Below, piece after piece: positions 19,410-28,308 of a DNA stretch of 64,000 nt (position 1 is its first letter; every line of letters starts with the position of its first letter). Both the position numbers and the translations under genes were made by a program. The notes under the pieces are model-generated. The model had not been told where the DNA came from, searched no databases, and was given only the letters and a program-made list of their open reading frames with translations. The stretch covers positions 3,552,001 through 3,616,000 of the forward strand of contig CBDCXR010000004.1 of NCBI GenBank assembly GCA_965223845.1. Reading direction: 5' to 3'. The stretch is from Planctomycetota bacterium (lineage in GTDB: Bacteria; Planctomycetota; UBA8108; SXIK01).

Positions 19410-20465
19410 TTACTCGGCGAGGATGCGAGCCGACTTCACGTAGTCGAGTCGCGGGAAATCTTGCTTCAGGTAGTCGTTCCCCTGCATTTGAATCCGCCCC
19501 TGGTTCGGCCCGCGTCCGCGTGGCGCTCCTTCGCCGTAGCCGCTGTAGAGCGCGTCGACGACCTTCATTCCTTCGGCGTCGACCGTGCCGATCGGAGCGA
19601 ACCCCATCCGATCGAGATTCGAGTTGTTCCCGAAGTTGATGAAGATCTGCGTCGAACGCGAGTTGGGAAGTCCGGTCTTCGCGAACGTAACGAATCCACG
19701 CAGATTGGACTTCTTCACGGGATCATCCGGAATATTGGCTTCACGCCAGCTCGCCATCACTTTCGGGTCGCCATTGATTCCGATTTGCGCCATGAACCCG
19801 CTGATCACTCGAAAGAAGCGAGTCTCGTCATAGAAGCCACTCCGCACGAGGTTGTAGAACCGGTCGGCTCCGTTCGGAGACCAATCGCGACGCACGTCGA
19901 CGACAAAGGCGCCCTTCGAGGTGTCGAACCGGGCCTTGAAGGTGTCGGGCGCCTTCTCCTTCGCTTTCGACGGGTCGAGGAGACCCGCGCGGTTCACCTC
20001 GAGCGTCTTGGGTAGATTCGCGTCCACCGCTTCCTTGGCTTCGTCCGCGGCGCCCGCGACCTCCTCCTTCGCCGCGTCTGCCGCCCCGTCGACTGCTTCC
20101 TTGGCCGCGTCCGCGGCACCGGCGACCTCCTCCTTCGCCGCATCCGCGGCGCCGGCTACGTCTTCCTTCACAGCGTCCGGGGTCGTAGCGGCACCTTCCT
20201 TCGCGGCGTTCGACGCATCCGCGGCCGCCGCGATGCTTTCGCCCGCGGAGCTCTCCGCTGCCGTCGCGGTGTCCTTCGCCGGATCGGCTGACGTCGACGC
20301 CGTCACCGAGGCGTCTCCACTCGGCTCGGGTGGAGTCTCGCCGGTCGGCGCGACGGGACTATTCGACGGCTGGCAGCCGAACGCCAGCACGCTACCGAGG
20401 AGCGCGGTGAGTAGACACCAAGTACCGGATGGAGACGGGGTGGATCGCTTCTTCATCATGATCAT
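19410..20465 (-). CDS. Cyclophilin-type PPIase lipoprotein with Ala/Glu-rich 11-residue repeat linker
   Basis: Lipobox LAFGC, low-complexity linker, then [34 protein letters not shown]. Start is 20465, 20459 or 20456. Confidence 0.9.
   Translation of the reverse strand: MIMMKKRSTPSPSGTWCLLTALLGSVLAFGCQPSNSPVAPTGETPPEPSGDASVTASTSADPAKDTATAAESSAGESIAAAADASNAAKEGAATTPDAVKEDVAGAADAAKEEVAGAADAAKEAVDGAADAAKEEVAGAADEAKEAVDANLPKTLEVNRAGLLDPSKAKEKAPDTFKARFDTSKGAFVVDVRRDWSPNGADRFYNLVRSGFYDETRFFRVISGFMAQIGINGDPKVMASWREANIPDDPVKKSNLRGFVTFAKTGLPNSRSTQIFINFGNNSNLDRMGFAPIGTVDAEGMKVVDALYSGYGEGAPRGRGPNQGRIQMQGNDYLKQDFPRLDYVKSARILAE
20020..20210 (-). repeat. 33-bp tandem repeat (about 6 units) encoding an [11 protein letters not shown]-type 11-mer
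   Basis: TCCTT recurs at 20032, 20065, 20098, 20131, 20164 and 20197 (period 33). Confidence 0.9.
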
Positions 20466-20560
20466 CGTCCGGAAAACGCCGTCGAATATCGTGCACCGCC
20501 CCCGCCGGGGCAGCTTTCTGAAGCGCCCATTCTGTGAAGAGCCGGATCGGGATGCAAGCG

Positions 20561-23500
20561 CTAGCGCTGAACGGTCCCCGCGCGCAGCGCGGCGCGATAG
20601 AGATCCCGGTACCGGAGCGCGGAACCGCCCCACGAGTGGTCCCGCGTCATGGCGCGCGTGACGATCCCGCCCCACCGTTCGCGATTCGCGTAAGCGCGGA
20701 TGGCGCGCTCCACGGCGTCGAAGAGCGCATCCGCGCTGTAATCGCTGAACGCGAATCCGACTCCCGATCCCGCGTGGACGTCGTCGTCGTCGACGGTGTC
20801 GGCGAGCCCGCCGGTCGCTCGGACGATCGGGATCGTCCCGTAGCGTAAGCTGTACATTTGATTGAGCCCGCACGGTTCGTAGAGGGACGGCATGAGAAAG
20901 AGATCCGAGCCCCCTTCGATCAAGTGGGCGAGGCCGTTGTCGAACTTGATCAGGGCCGCCACCTGACCCGCGTAGCGAGTGGCCGCGTCGCGAAAGAAGT
21001 CCTCGTACTTGCGGAGCCCCGTGCCGAGGACGATCACCGACGGTCCGAGCTCGAGGATCCGCTCGAGCTCTTCGTGAACGAGATCGAAGCCTTTCTGGTC
21101 GACGAGCCGCGAGATGATTCCGATGAGCGGCGCATCGAGTCGCGCGGGATCGAGATCGCCGAGCTCGAACAGTCGCTTTTTCGCGAGGAGCTTACCGGCG
21201 AGATCGTCTGCGGTGAACGGCGCCGGAAGGTGCTCATCGCCACCGGGATTCCACTCGTCGATGTCGATTCCGTTCAGGATTCCACTGAAGTCGCGCGTGC
21301 GCGATCGCAGCACGCCTCCGAGTCCGGCTCCGAGATCCTCGTCTTCGCAGATCTCGCGCGCGTAGTTCTCGCTCACCGTGTTCACCTTGTCGGCGAAGCT
21401 GATTCCGACCTTCATGAAGTTGACGGAACCGTAGTGCTCGAACGGTTGACCGGGAGCGAACTGGGACCGCCCGAACCCGCACACATCGAGAATCTCGGGT
21501 GGGTAGACGCCTTGATAGCCGAGGTTGTGCAGCGTGTAGACGGTCGCCGCGCCGCCGAGGATCGGATCATCGGGATAGTGGAGCTTTACGTAGGCGGACG
21601 CTAGCGCGGTCTGGTGATCGTGACTGTGGACGACGTCGACCCGCTCGCCGAGTGCACGCAAGGCCTCGAGGCAAGCGCGCGTGAAGAACACGAAACGCTC
21701 GCCGGAATCCGGATACTCCTCGCCCGTTTCGGGATCGACGTAGACGCCGTCGCGATCGAAGTACTCGTCGTTTTCGACGAGCAAGACGCGGACGCCCGTC
21801 GCGGGACTCCGCGCCTCGGAGAGTCGGAAGGCGACCGACCGCGCGCCCACCTGCGTCCACAGCCCGTCGAGGAGCGGTTGGACGCCAAACTTGCCGCGGT
21901 CGATTGTACGAAAACCCGGTATGAGGACGGTCGTCCGCAGTCCCCACTCGCCGAGAGCCGGAGGCAGCGCAGCGACGACATCGGCGAGCCCGCCCACCTT
22001 GACGTAGGGGGCGGCCTCAGCACTCAGGAACGCGACGTGACGCGGTGCGCTAACGAGAATGTCGGCTCCGCGCGAGTGATCTCCGGCGAAGACGTCCGAG
22101 TCGAGGCGCGGAAACAGATTGTTCTTTCGCTCGAGCCGCTCGAGCAGCTCGAGGTCGGTCCCCGAAGAGCCTGCGCCGGCGCCGCGAACACCGGCGGTGA
22201 GCTGCCGGAACGCATCGAGGTGTTGCGTGACCCGACTCCGGGCGAATTCCGTCGCGGTTTCGTTTCGGAGAATGAACGCCCAGTCGCTCGATTGCGCGAG
22301 CATCAACTCGCGGCCGGCTTGGGCGAGGACTCGCCGCCTGAGGTCGTCCCCCGCGTGTCCAGCGCGCGCGAGTCGCGTCATCTCGCTGCCCGCGGCGAGC
22401 AGCTCCGGCACGATCCAGTCGTTCGTTTCGTTGAGCCAGACTTGATTGTAGCCGCCGTCGCCCCAACTCGAAGCGGACGGAGTCGTCACTTGGGCATCCG
22501 AGTACTCGGCGAGATACTCGGACGGCGTCGCCGTCTTGAGCTCGCCTTGATCGAACGCGATCTTCCGCAATAAGAAGTTGATCCAATCCGGCCCCTCGAA
22601 CCACCAGTGCCCGAAGAGCTCTGCGTCGTAGGGAGCGAGGATGATCGGCCGGCGCTCCATGTGCTCGGTGAGCCACGCGAGCTGCTCTCGTCGCCACCGA
22701 AGAAAGGTGTCGGCGTGCTCGGCCGCTTGCTGCATGGCACGCGCGCGAACGTAGACCTCTTTTTCATCGGATCCCGTCACGCGGTGATACTTGATCCCCG
22801 TCTGGATTCGCATCCCGTCGGGACAGAGATACGGACCGACCGTTTCGAGCGGGAGATCGAAGCCGATGTCTCGGTAAAACTCGCGGTAATCCGGCGCGCC
22901 GGGAAATCCCTCCTCGACGCTCCAGACCTGTTTGGCGCACTCCGGATCGCGGGCGAACGCCGCGACGCCGGATGGACAGACAATCGGGGCGTAGACACCG
23001 TAGTGCGGCCGGTCACTCCCGTGGAGGACGCCGTGGCTCTCGAGAAAGAAAAACCGGAGCCCGTGCTCAGCGAGTACGTCGTCGAGTCCGGGGTAGTACC
23101 CGCACTCCGGAAGCCAGATCCCCTCCGGCGCGCGCCCGAATCGCTCACGGTAAGCATCGACGGCGACTCGAATCTGCGCTCCGACACTCGACGGCTCGTG
23201 GCGAAGGAGCGGCAGATAGCCGTGTGTCGCGGCGGACGTGAGAATTTCGATGCGCCCCATCTCCTGGAGCCGCGCGAACGCCCCGACGAGATCACGCTGA
23301 CAGCGCACGCGATAGAACTCGTCGAGTGCGCGAAAGCGATCGACGTAGAACTGCGCGACCTCGGCGAGCTCGGGCTCGCTCCGGAGTCGCCGCGTCTCCT
23401 TCTCGGCGAGCTCGATGAGTTCTCCCAGGCGACGCTCGCACCGATCACGGAGAAGCTCGTCGTCGAGCATCGCGATGAGCGTCGGCGTCAGAGTGAACGT

Positions 23501-23683
23501 CAGTCGGAAGTCGACGCCGTCCCGGACGAGGTTTTCGAGGCTGACGAGGAGAGGGAGATAGGTTTCGACGACCGCTTCGTAGAGCCAGTACTCCTCGAGG
23601 AAGCGATCGTGCTCGGGCTCGCGAATGAACGGCAGGTGGGCGTGCAGCACCATCGTGAAATAGCCCTGCGCGTTCGAAGCCAT
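20561..23683 (-). CDS. glgA: GH57 1,4-alpha-glucan branching enzyme (DUF1957) fused to GT5 glycogen synthase
   Basis: N half: LHAHLP, ATHGYLP, WLPECGY, APYDAELFGHWW, LAQSSDW. C half: SAEAAPYVKVGGLADV, HSHDHQ, TLHNLGYQG, GILNGID, SRLVDQKG, PSLYEPCGLNQMY, TGGLADTV. Confidence 0.92.
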   Translation of the reverse strand: MASNAQGYFTMVLHAHLPFIREPEHDRFLEEYWLYEAVVETYLPLLVSLENLVRDGVDFRLTFTLTPTLIAMLDDELLRDRCERRLGELIELAEKETRRLRSEPELAEVAQFYVDRFRALDEFYRVRCQRDLVGAFARLQEMGRIEILTSAATHGYLPLLRHEPSSVGAQIRVAVDAYRERFGRAPEGIWLPECGYYPGLDDVLAEHGLRFFFLESHGVLHGSDRPHYGVYAPIVCPSGVAAFARDPECAKQVWSVEEGFPGAPDYREFYRDIGFDLPLETVGPYLCPDGMRIQTGIKYHRVTGSDEKEVYVRARAMQQAAEHADTFLRWRREQLAWLTEHMERRPIILAPYDAELFGHWWFEGPDWINFLLRKIAFDQGELKTATPSEYLAEYSDAQVTTPSASSWGDGGYNQVWLNETNDWIVPELLAAGSEMTRLARAGHAGDDLRRRVLAQAGRELMLAQSSDWAFILRNETATEFARSRVTQHLDAFRQLTAGVRGAGAGSSGTDLELLERLERKNNLFPRLDSDVFAGDHSRGADILVSAPRHVAFLSAEAAPYVKVGGLADVVAALPPALGEWGLRTTVLIPGFRTIDRGKFGVQPLLDGLWTQVGARSVAFRLSEARSPATGVRVLLVENDEYFDRDGVYVDPETGEEYPDSGERFVFFTRACLEALRALGERVDVVHSHDHQTALASAYVKLHYPDDPILGGAATVYTLHNLGYQGVYPPEILDVCGFGRSQFAPGQPFEHYGSVNFMKVGISFADKVNTVSENYAREICEDEDLGAGLGGVLRSRTRDFSGILNGIDIDEWNPGGDEHLPAPFTADDLAGKLLAKKRLFELGDLDPARLDAPLIGIISRLVDQKGFDLVHEELERILELGPSVIVLGTGLRKYEDFFRDAATRYAGQVAALIKFDNGLAHLIEGGSDLFLMPSLYEPCGLNQMYSLRYGTIPIVRATGGLADTVDDDDVHAGSGVGFAFSDYSADALFDAVERAIRAYANRERWGGIVTRAMTRDHSWGGSALRYRDLYRAALRAGTVQR

Positions 23684-23790
23684 CCGCGTCCTCTCCTTCG
23701 TTCCTCGTCCGGGGGAACCGTCCGGCCCCGATCCGGTACTCCACCACGCTCTCGCTTCCCTCCCCCGGGCGCCCCGGCGGAGGCGCGATC

Positions 23791-24057
23791 CTATCCGGGC
23801 GACGGCGCGGGCGCCACGGGTCGATCGTCACCGAAGACGAGAGGACGCAAGGACGAGACGACGCAACCGCGATCCGCCTCGCTCGCTCCCTCTTCTTCGG
23901 CCGGAAACGGCTCGAGACTGAGCGAGGGATTCGTGGCGAAGGCCGCGGAGAGACGGCGACGCGTCGGACGCCTCAACTGCGTCGAGGACGGGCTCTCTCG
24001 GCCGAATGTGAGCTGCTGCTGCACCTGGCTTCCGGGCGAACTCGGGTCGTTCACCAT
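23791..24057 (-). CDS. Possible small hypothetical protein (88 aa)
   Basis: ATG-started ORF (MVNDPSS...) on the same strand, filling the gap between the DUF4912 and GH57 genes; no recognisable motif. Confidence 0.25.
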   Translation of the reverse strand: MVNDPSSPGSQVQQQLTFGRESPSSTQLRRPTRRRLSAAFATNPSLSLEPFPAEEEGASEADRGCVVSSLRPLVFGDDRPVAPAPSPG

Positions 24058-24148
24058 CGCCTGAGCGCGTCGGCAACGGGAACGAGTCGACGGAATTCGG
24101 CATGCGATCCATCGACCTCGCCCCGACCACCCGACCTGCGGGTCCGGA

Positions 24149-25477
24149 CTAGCCGCGATCGATGGCGCCGAAGAACGACGGGCAGTCGCGGAGCTCGATC
24201 TCCGCGGAACGATCGTCCGTCGCGAACCGCAGCGGGACCGTGAGCTCGAACGTGCCGTCGGCGCGAACGGGAACGCGGACGCCGTGAACGACAACGTGCG
24301 CTCCCGGTGTACCGCGACCGCGGACGACGACGTTCGCCTCGACGTGCTGCGCTTCCGCCGTCGTCGACTCTCGGCGGCGCCGCCCGCCGACGGTTGAGCT
24401 CGAGAACGCGCTAGACGTCGGAAGCGAGCCCGAGCTCGGAAGATCGAGGGCGGGTGCGGTCGGGATCGTCCGCGAGCGACGTCGCTGGAGCTCCCCCGAG
24501 CTGAACTGAATGTGCTCGACTTCCGACTCCATCGACGGGATCGCCGGTGCCGAGGGTTTGGCGTTCCGATCAGAAGGCGACGCACGAAACGAGCTCGGGT
24601 CATCGATCTCCGACGCGAGCGCCGCGTCGGCGACCGGGATCCCCGGGCCGGCTAGGGGTGCCTCCGCGCGCGGGCGCGAACCGCGCGCGCGCGACGGAAG
24701 CACCGAGCCGGTGTGGTACTCGAACCGAGCGGCTTCCCTCCCCGCGGGCAGCTCCACGAGGCTCGACCATGCAACCGCGACGAAACGATCCGCGCCGCGA
24801 GCACCGAGCTCGCAGAAGATCGTCCGGCCGGGGAATCCCACCTGCACGTACTGCGAACTCTCGCTGCCGTCGACTCCGACATCGATGTAACTGCCGCCGT
24901 CCGGCTCCGACTTGCTTCCCGGACCGGCGACGTGGATCCGAAGGACGAGCGGCGCCGACGCGTCGCGGACGAACGTTCGCGCCCGCTCGAGATCGGCCGG
25001 CTCGAGCCGCCAGAACACGAACGCTTGGCGCGGATCGACCGCGACCAAACCGACGTGACTCCCGCGCGGGATCGCGCTCGCGCGAGGCGGTGGACTCGGG
25101 CACGGCGACGGCGCGCGCGCGCGTCCGACTTCCGCACGAAGTCCGGCCGGAATGCGCGGGTGGTTGCCGCTGCTCCCGGCGCTGGGAACGTCACCGTCGT
25201 CCGTCGATGCGGCGGAAACCGAGACTCGATCGGCATCGTCTGCGAGAAGCCGTGCCGTACGCTCGGTCTCTACAGCGACCGTTTTCTCTGCCTCGCTCAG
25301 AATGTCGTCGCCGGCACGAAGGAGCTCACGAAATCCCGGCAGGCGCCGAAGGGCGTTCAGAAGCTGCGCTTTCCGCATGCGCCACCGCCCCTTGATGCCG
25401 AGCGTCTTCGCCGCTTTGCGCAGCTCGGCGACGGTGCAGGCCTCGGCGTCGTGCGAGCCTTCGTGTTCGAGAGTCAT
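24149..25477 (-). CDS. DUF4912 protein with N-terminal Rho-N-like domain
   Basis: TVAELRKAAKTLGIKGRWRMRKAQLL (Rho-N), LVAVDP..AFVFW, LVLRIH, ELG, and C-terminal VVVRGRGTPGAHV..VRADGTF; usual neighbour of GH57 DUF1957 genes. Confidence 0.8.
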   Translation of the reverse strand: MTLEHEGSHDAEACTVAELRKAAKTLGIKGRWRMRKAQLLNALRRLPGFRELLRAGDDILSEAEKTVAVETERTARLLADDADRVSVSAASTDDGDVPSAGSSGNHPRIPAGLRAEVGRARAPSPCPSPPPRASAIPRGSHVGLVAVDPRQAFVFWRLEPADLERARTFVRDASAPLVLRIHVAGPGSKSEPDGGSYIDVGVDGSESSQYVQVGFPGRTIFCELGARGADRFVAVAWSSLVELPAGREAARFEYHTGSVLPSRARGSRPRAEAPLAGPGIPVADAALASEIDDPSSFRASPSDRNAKPSAPAIPSMESEVEHIQFSSGELQRRRSRTIPTAPALDLPSSGSLPTSSAFSSSTVGGRRRRESTTAEAQHVEANVVVRGRGTPGAHVVVHGVRVPVRADGTFELTVPLRFATDDRSAEIELRDCPSFFGAIDRG

Positions 25478-25800
25478 CAGTCGGTCGCGGAGATATCGTC
25501 TTCAGTGGGCTGGAGTTCCGACGAGGTGGGGTCGATCCACCGAGAGAGTGAGCGCGGGCGACCGCCGAACGGGCGCGCGAGCCTTCCCTCGCGGTGATGT
25601 CACCCGCGAGGGCGCTCTCACGCCGGAGTGGCCGGTCTACGGGGAGCGAGACCCTGCCTGATGGCCGAGCGCGCTCCGTGAGGGCGTTCGCCTCTCTCTG
25701 CGTCGACCGGATTCGCCCTCACCTTGAGGATCGAGGCGTTCCCGGCGCCTGATCCGAGTGGTCCGGACTGCGGCGGGACGACCGGATCCGCGCGAGACGA

Positions 25801-27969
25801 TCATTTTGACGATGCCGGCGCGGGCGGTCCGTCTTTTTCGGAACTATCGCCCCCCGCATCGCTTCCGGCCGTCGCCGCGACCGCCGTGGGCGGCAGCGCG
25901 CTCGATCGCTCCTTCGCGGCGTCGGACTCGCCCGATGCCGCCGGGCGCCGAACGCCCGAGTCGAGCTCGCGCTTCGCCGCCGTCGCGGCCGTCTCGTGCA
26001 CGTCGATCACCGCGGCGCCCGCCGCGGGAACGGGCTCGATGAGTCCCGGAATCCCCTCGTTCAGGATGACGAACCGATAAATGTACACCGCGACCGGAAC
26101 CGCGAGGAGAAGGCCCCACACCCCGAAGAAGTGCTCTCCGATCGCGAGGCAGACGAGCACCATCACGGGGTGGAGATGGAGCATGTCGCCGATAATCTTC
26201 GGATTGAGGAGGCTCGTCTCGATGAAGTGGATGACGAGGATGCCGATGATCGCTTGGAGCGCAAGCCAGACCGATCCCCCGGGCTGAACGATCGCTACGA
26301 TCGCGATCGGCACACTCGAGATCACAACGCCGAGCACGGGGATGAAACTGCAGAGGAATACGATCGCGCAGAGGAAGTACTCGTTCTCCTGCCCGATCCC
26401 AAGCATCTTGATGACCAGGTACGTCAGCACGGTGTTGCAGATCGCGATCACTCCCTGCGCGAGGAACGACCGCCCGATCAAGCGACCGAAGTTGATGAGT
26501 CCAGGCGCGATCTCGTCATAGAAGTTTCGGACGCGGCTTCGCTTCAGCTTCTCGATCCCGCGTCGCAGCTTCGCCATGTCGAGCGTGATGAAGAGACTGA
26601 GCAGAAACACGAGAGCGATCTGAGGCGGAAGCGCGATGAACTGATCGAGGGTACGCTTTCCGGCTTGCTCGAGCGGTGCGACCCAAGTCGCGGCGTTCTC
26701 GCGCACGTATCCCTGGATCGACTTGTAGAGATCGCCCTGGCGCCATTCGGCCGTGAGGCGTTTGTATTCTTCGGCGCGGAAGTCGAGGTGTTGCTTGCGA
26801 ACGAGCTCCTCCTCGTCGACCGTTTCGGTGAGGTTGTCGATCTCTTGGAGGAGTCGAGAGAACGCCTCGCGCCCGTCTGCGCTCGCAAGCTCGAGGCGAC
26901 GGTAGGTCGGGTAGTCGTAGACGATCTCGCTTTCGTTCAGCTTTCGCTGCTCCTCGTAGTAGATCTCGAACTCCTCCTCTCGCTTCGGATCGGCGAGGAG
27001 CCGCTCTTCGGACTCGGCGACGAGATCAGCGCGCCATTCCTCGCGGTCGGTCGCACGTTTTGCTTCGTCGCCTCGCCAATCGTCGACGACCATCTGAAGC
27101 ATTCCGTCCCGCCGCTTCTCCGCGAAATCCGGTTGTAGGCGAAGCTCTTCGAGCGGAATCAGCTGCGGGTAGAGCTTCGAGTCCTTCTCGTAGCGTGCCT
27201 CCCAGCGGCTGATCCACTGATCCTGCTGCGCGTCGAGAATCTCTGCCGCCTTGTTGACCCGGAACCAAGCGTCGAATTCGGCATCCGAGAGGGTGCCGTC
27301 GCGAAGGCTCTCGTCGATTCTTTTCCGCGCCTCCGCGCGGGTCTTCACGTCGAACGGGTCACGGAGCGCGCGGCGGAGTCGATGGAACTTGTCGTAGTCG
27401 ACGACGCGGAGGCCCTTCTCGCGAAACTCGGTGAAGGCGACTTGATACTCGTCGCTCTCCTCATCCCCGTAGGTGCTCTCAAAGAGCATGCGACCCACGG
27501 TGTTGTTGAGGACACCGTGAAACTCCTTCTCGTAGTCGATCTTGCTCACGCGGTCGTAGAGCTCCTTCGCCTGGTCCTGAAGCTCGGGACCGACGAACTT
27601 ACCGACCTGAAGGAGACCGAGGATGATGAGCGAGAAACAGGCGAGCGTGAGAGTTCGCTCGAGCCAGACGCGCTCTTGATACGGCGAGATCAACGACTGC
27701 GTCTTCACGACGATGCTCCGCACGATGTAGCAGAGGAGAAACGTCATGAAGAGAGTGAAGAAGAAACTTCGGAGCACGTAGACGAGTCCGAAGATCAGCC
27801 CCCAGATGAGGGCTTTCTCCCACGGCAAACGCTCGAGCAGTGTCTTCCGCCGGTTCGTTTGTGATCCACTCGATTCGCCGGCGGCGGGACCGTCAACTCG
27901 CGACGGCAGGAGCGGAACGCTCGAGTCGGTCGCTTCGGAGGAGAGCTCGCGCGAAGGTCCGTCGGTCAT
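25801..27969 (-). CDS. AI-2E family transporter with a large soluble insertion
   Basis: C-terminal AI-2E signature (AQGVIAICNT, FLCSFIPVLG, HFIETSLLNPKIIG..LHLHP, GEHFFGVWGLLLAVP); 722 aa because of a ~300-aa hydrophilic insert. Confidence 0.85.
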   Translation of the reverse strand: MTDGPSRELSSEATDSSVPLLPSRVDGPAAGESSGSQTNRRKTLLERLPWEKALIWGLIFGLVYVLRSFFFTLFMTFLLCYIVRSIVVKTQSLISPYQERVWLERTLTLACFSLIILGLLQVGKFVGPELQDQAKELYDRVSKIDYEKEFHGVLNNTVGRMLFESTYGDEESDEYQVAFTEFREKGLRVVDYDKFHRLRRALRDPFDVKTRAEARKRIDESLRDGTLSDAEFDAWFRVNKAAEILDAQQDQWISRWEARYEKDSKLYPQLIPLEELRLQPDFAEKRRDGMLQMVVDDWRGDEAKRATDREEWRADLVAESEERLLADPKREEEFEIYYEEQRKLNESEIVYDYPTYRRLELASADGREAFSRLLQEIDNLTETVDEEELVRKQHLDFRAEEYKRLTAEWRQGDLYKSIQGYVRENAATWVAPLEQAGKRTLDQFIALPPQIALVFLLSLFITLDMAKLRRGIEKLKRSRVRNFYDEIAPGLINFGRLIGRSFLAQGVIAICNTVLTYLVIKMLGIGQENEYFLCAIVFLCSFIPVLGVVISSVPIAIVAIVQPGGSVWLALQAIIGILVIHFIETSLLNPKIIGDMLHLHPVMVLVCLAIGEHFFGVWGLLLAVPVAVYIYRFVILNEGIPGLIEPVPAAGAAVIDVHETAATAAKRELDSGVRRPAASGESDAAKERSSALPPTAVAATAGSDAGGDSSEKDGPPAPASSK

Positions 27970-28308
27970 GGTGTCTCAGCGAACACTAGACAGTGAGGAG
28001 CGTGGAGGTACGTCCACCGAATCCCGACCCATCAACTCTGAGTCGTTCGATGGCTCCCACGATTTCGTCTCGCCGCGGCCGGAAGAAACGTAACCGTCTA
28101 TAGAATAGCCACCGGGTCGGAGGGGAGCAACCGGACCGCACACACGCGCAGTGCATGTTCCGAGAACTCGATCGGCTGGCGACGTTCGAGCGCGAGCGCC
28201 TTCGCTGGCCGCGGAAACACGTACCCAAACCGCTTCGCGTCGTCGACAATGCGCCGCTCGTGATCCCGCGGAAAGACGGCGCAAACCAGGCGAGCGGAGA
28301 CGACGGCT

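Noticed and set aside
20020-20210. 33-bp periodic DNA as a CRISPR array
   Set aside because: In-frame coding repeat with synonymous variation, no spacers and no cas genes.
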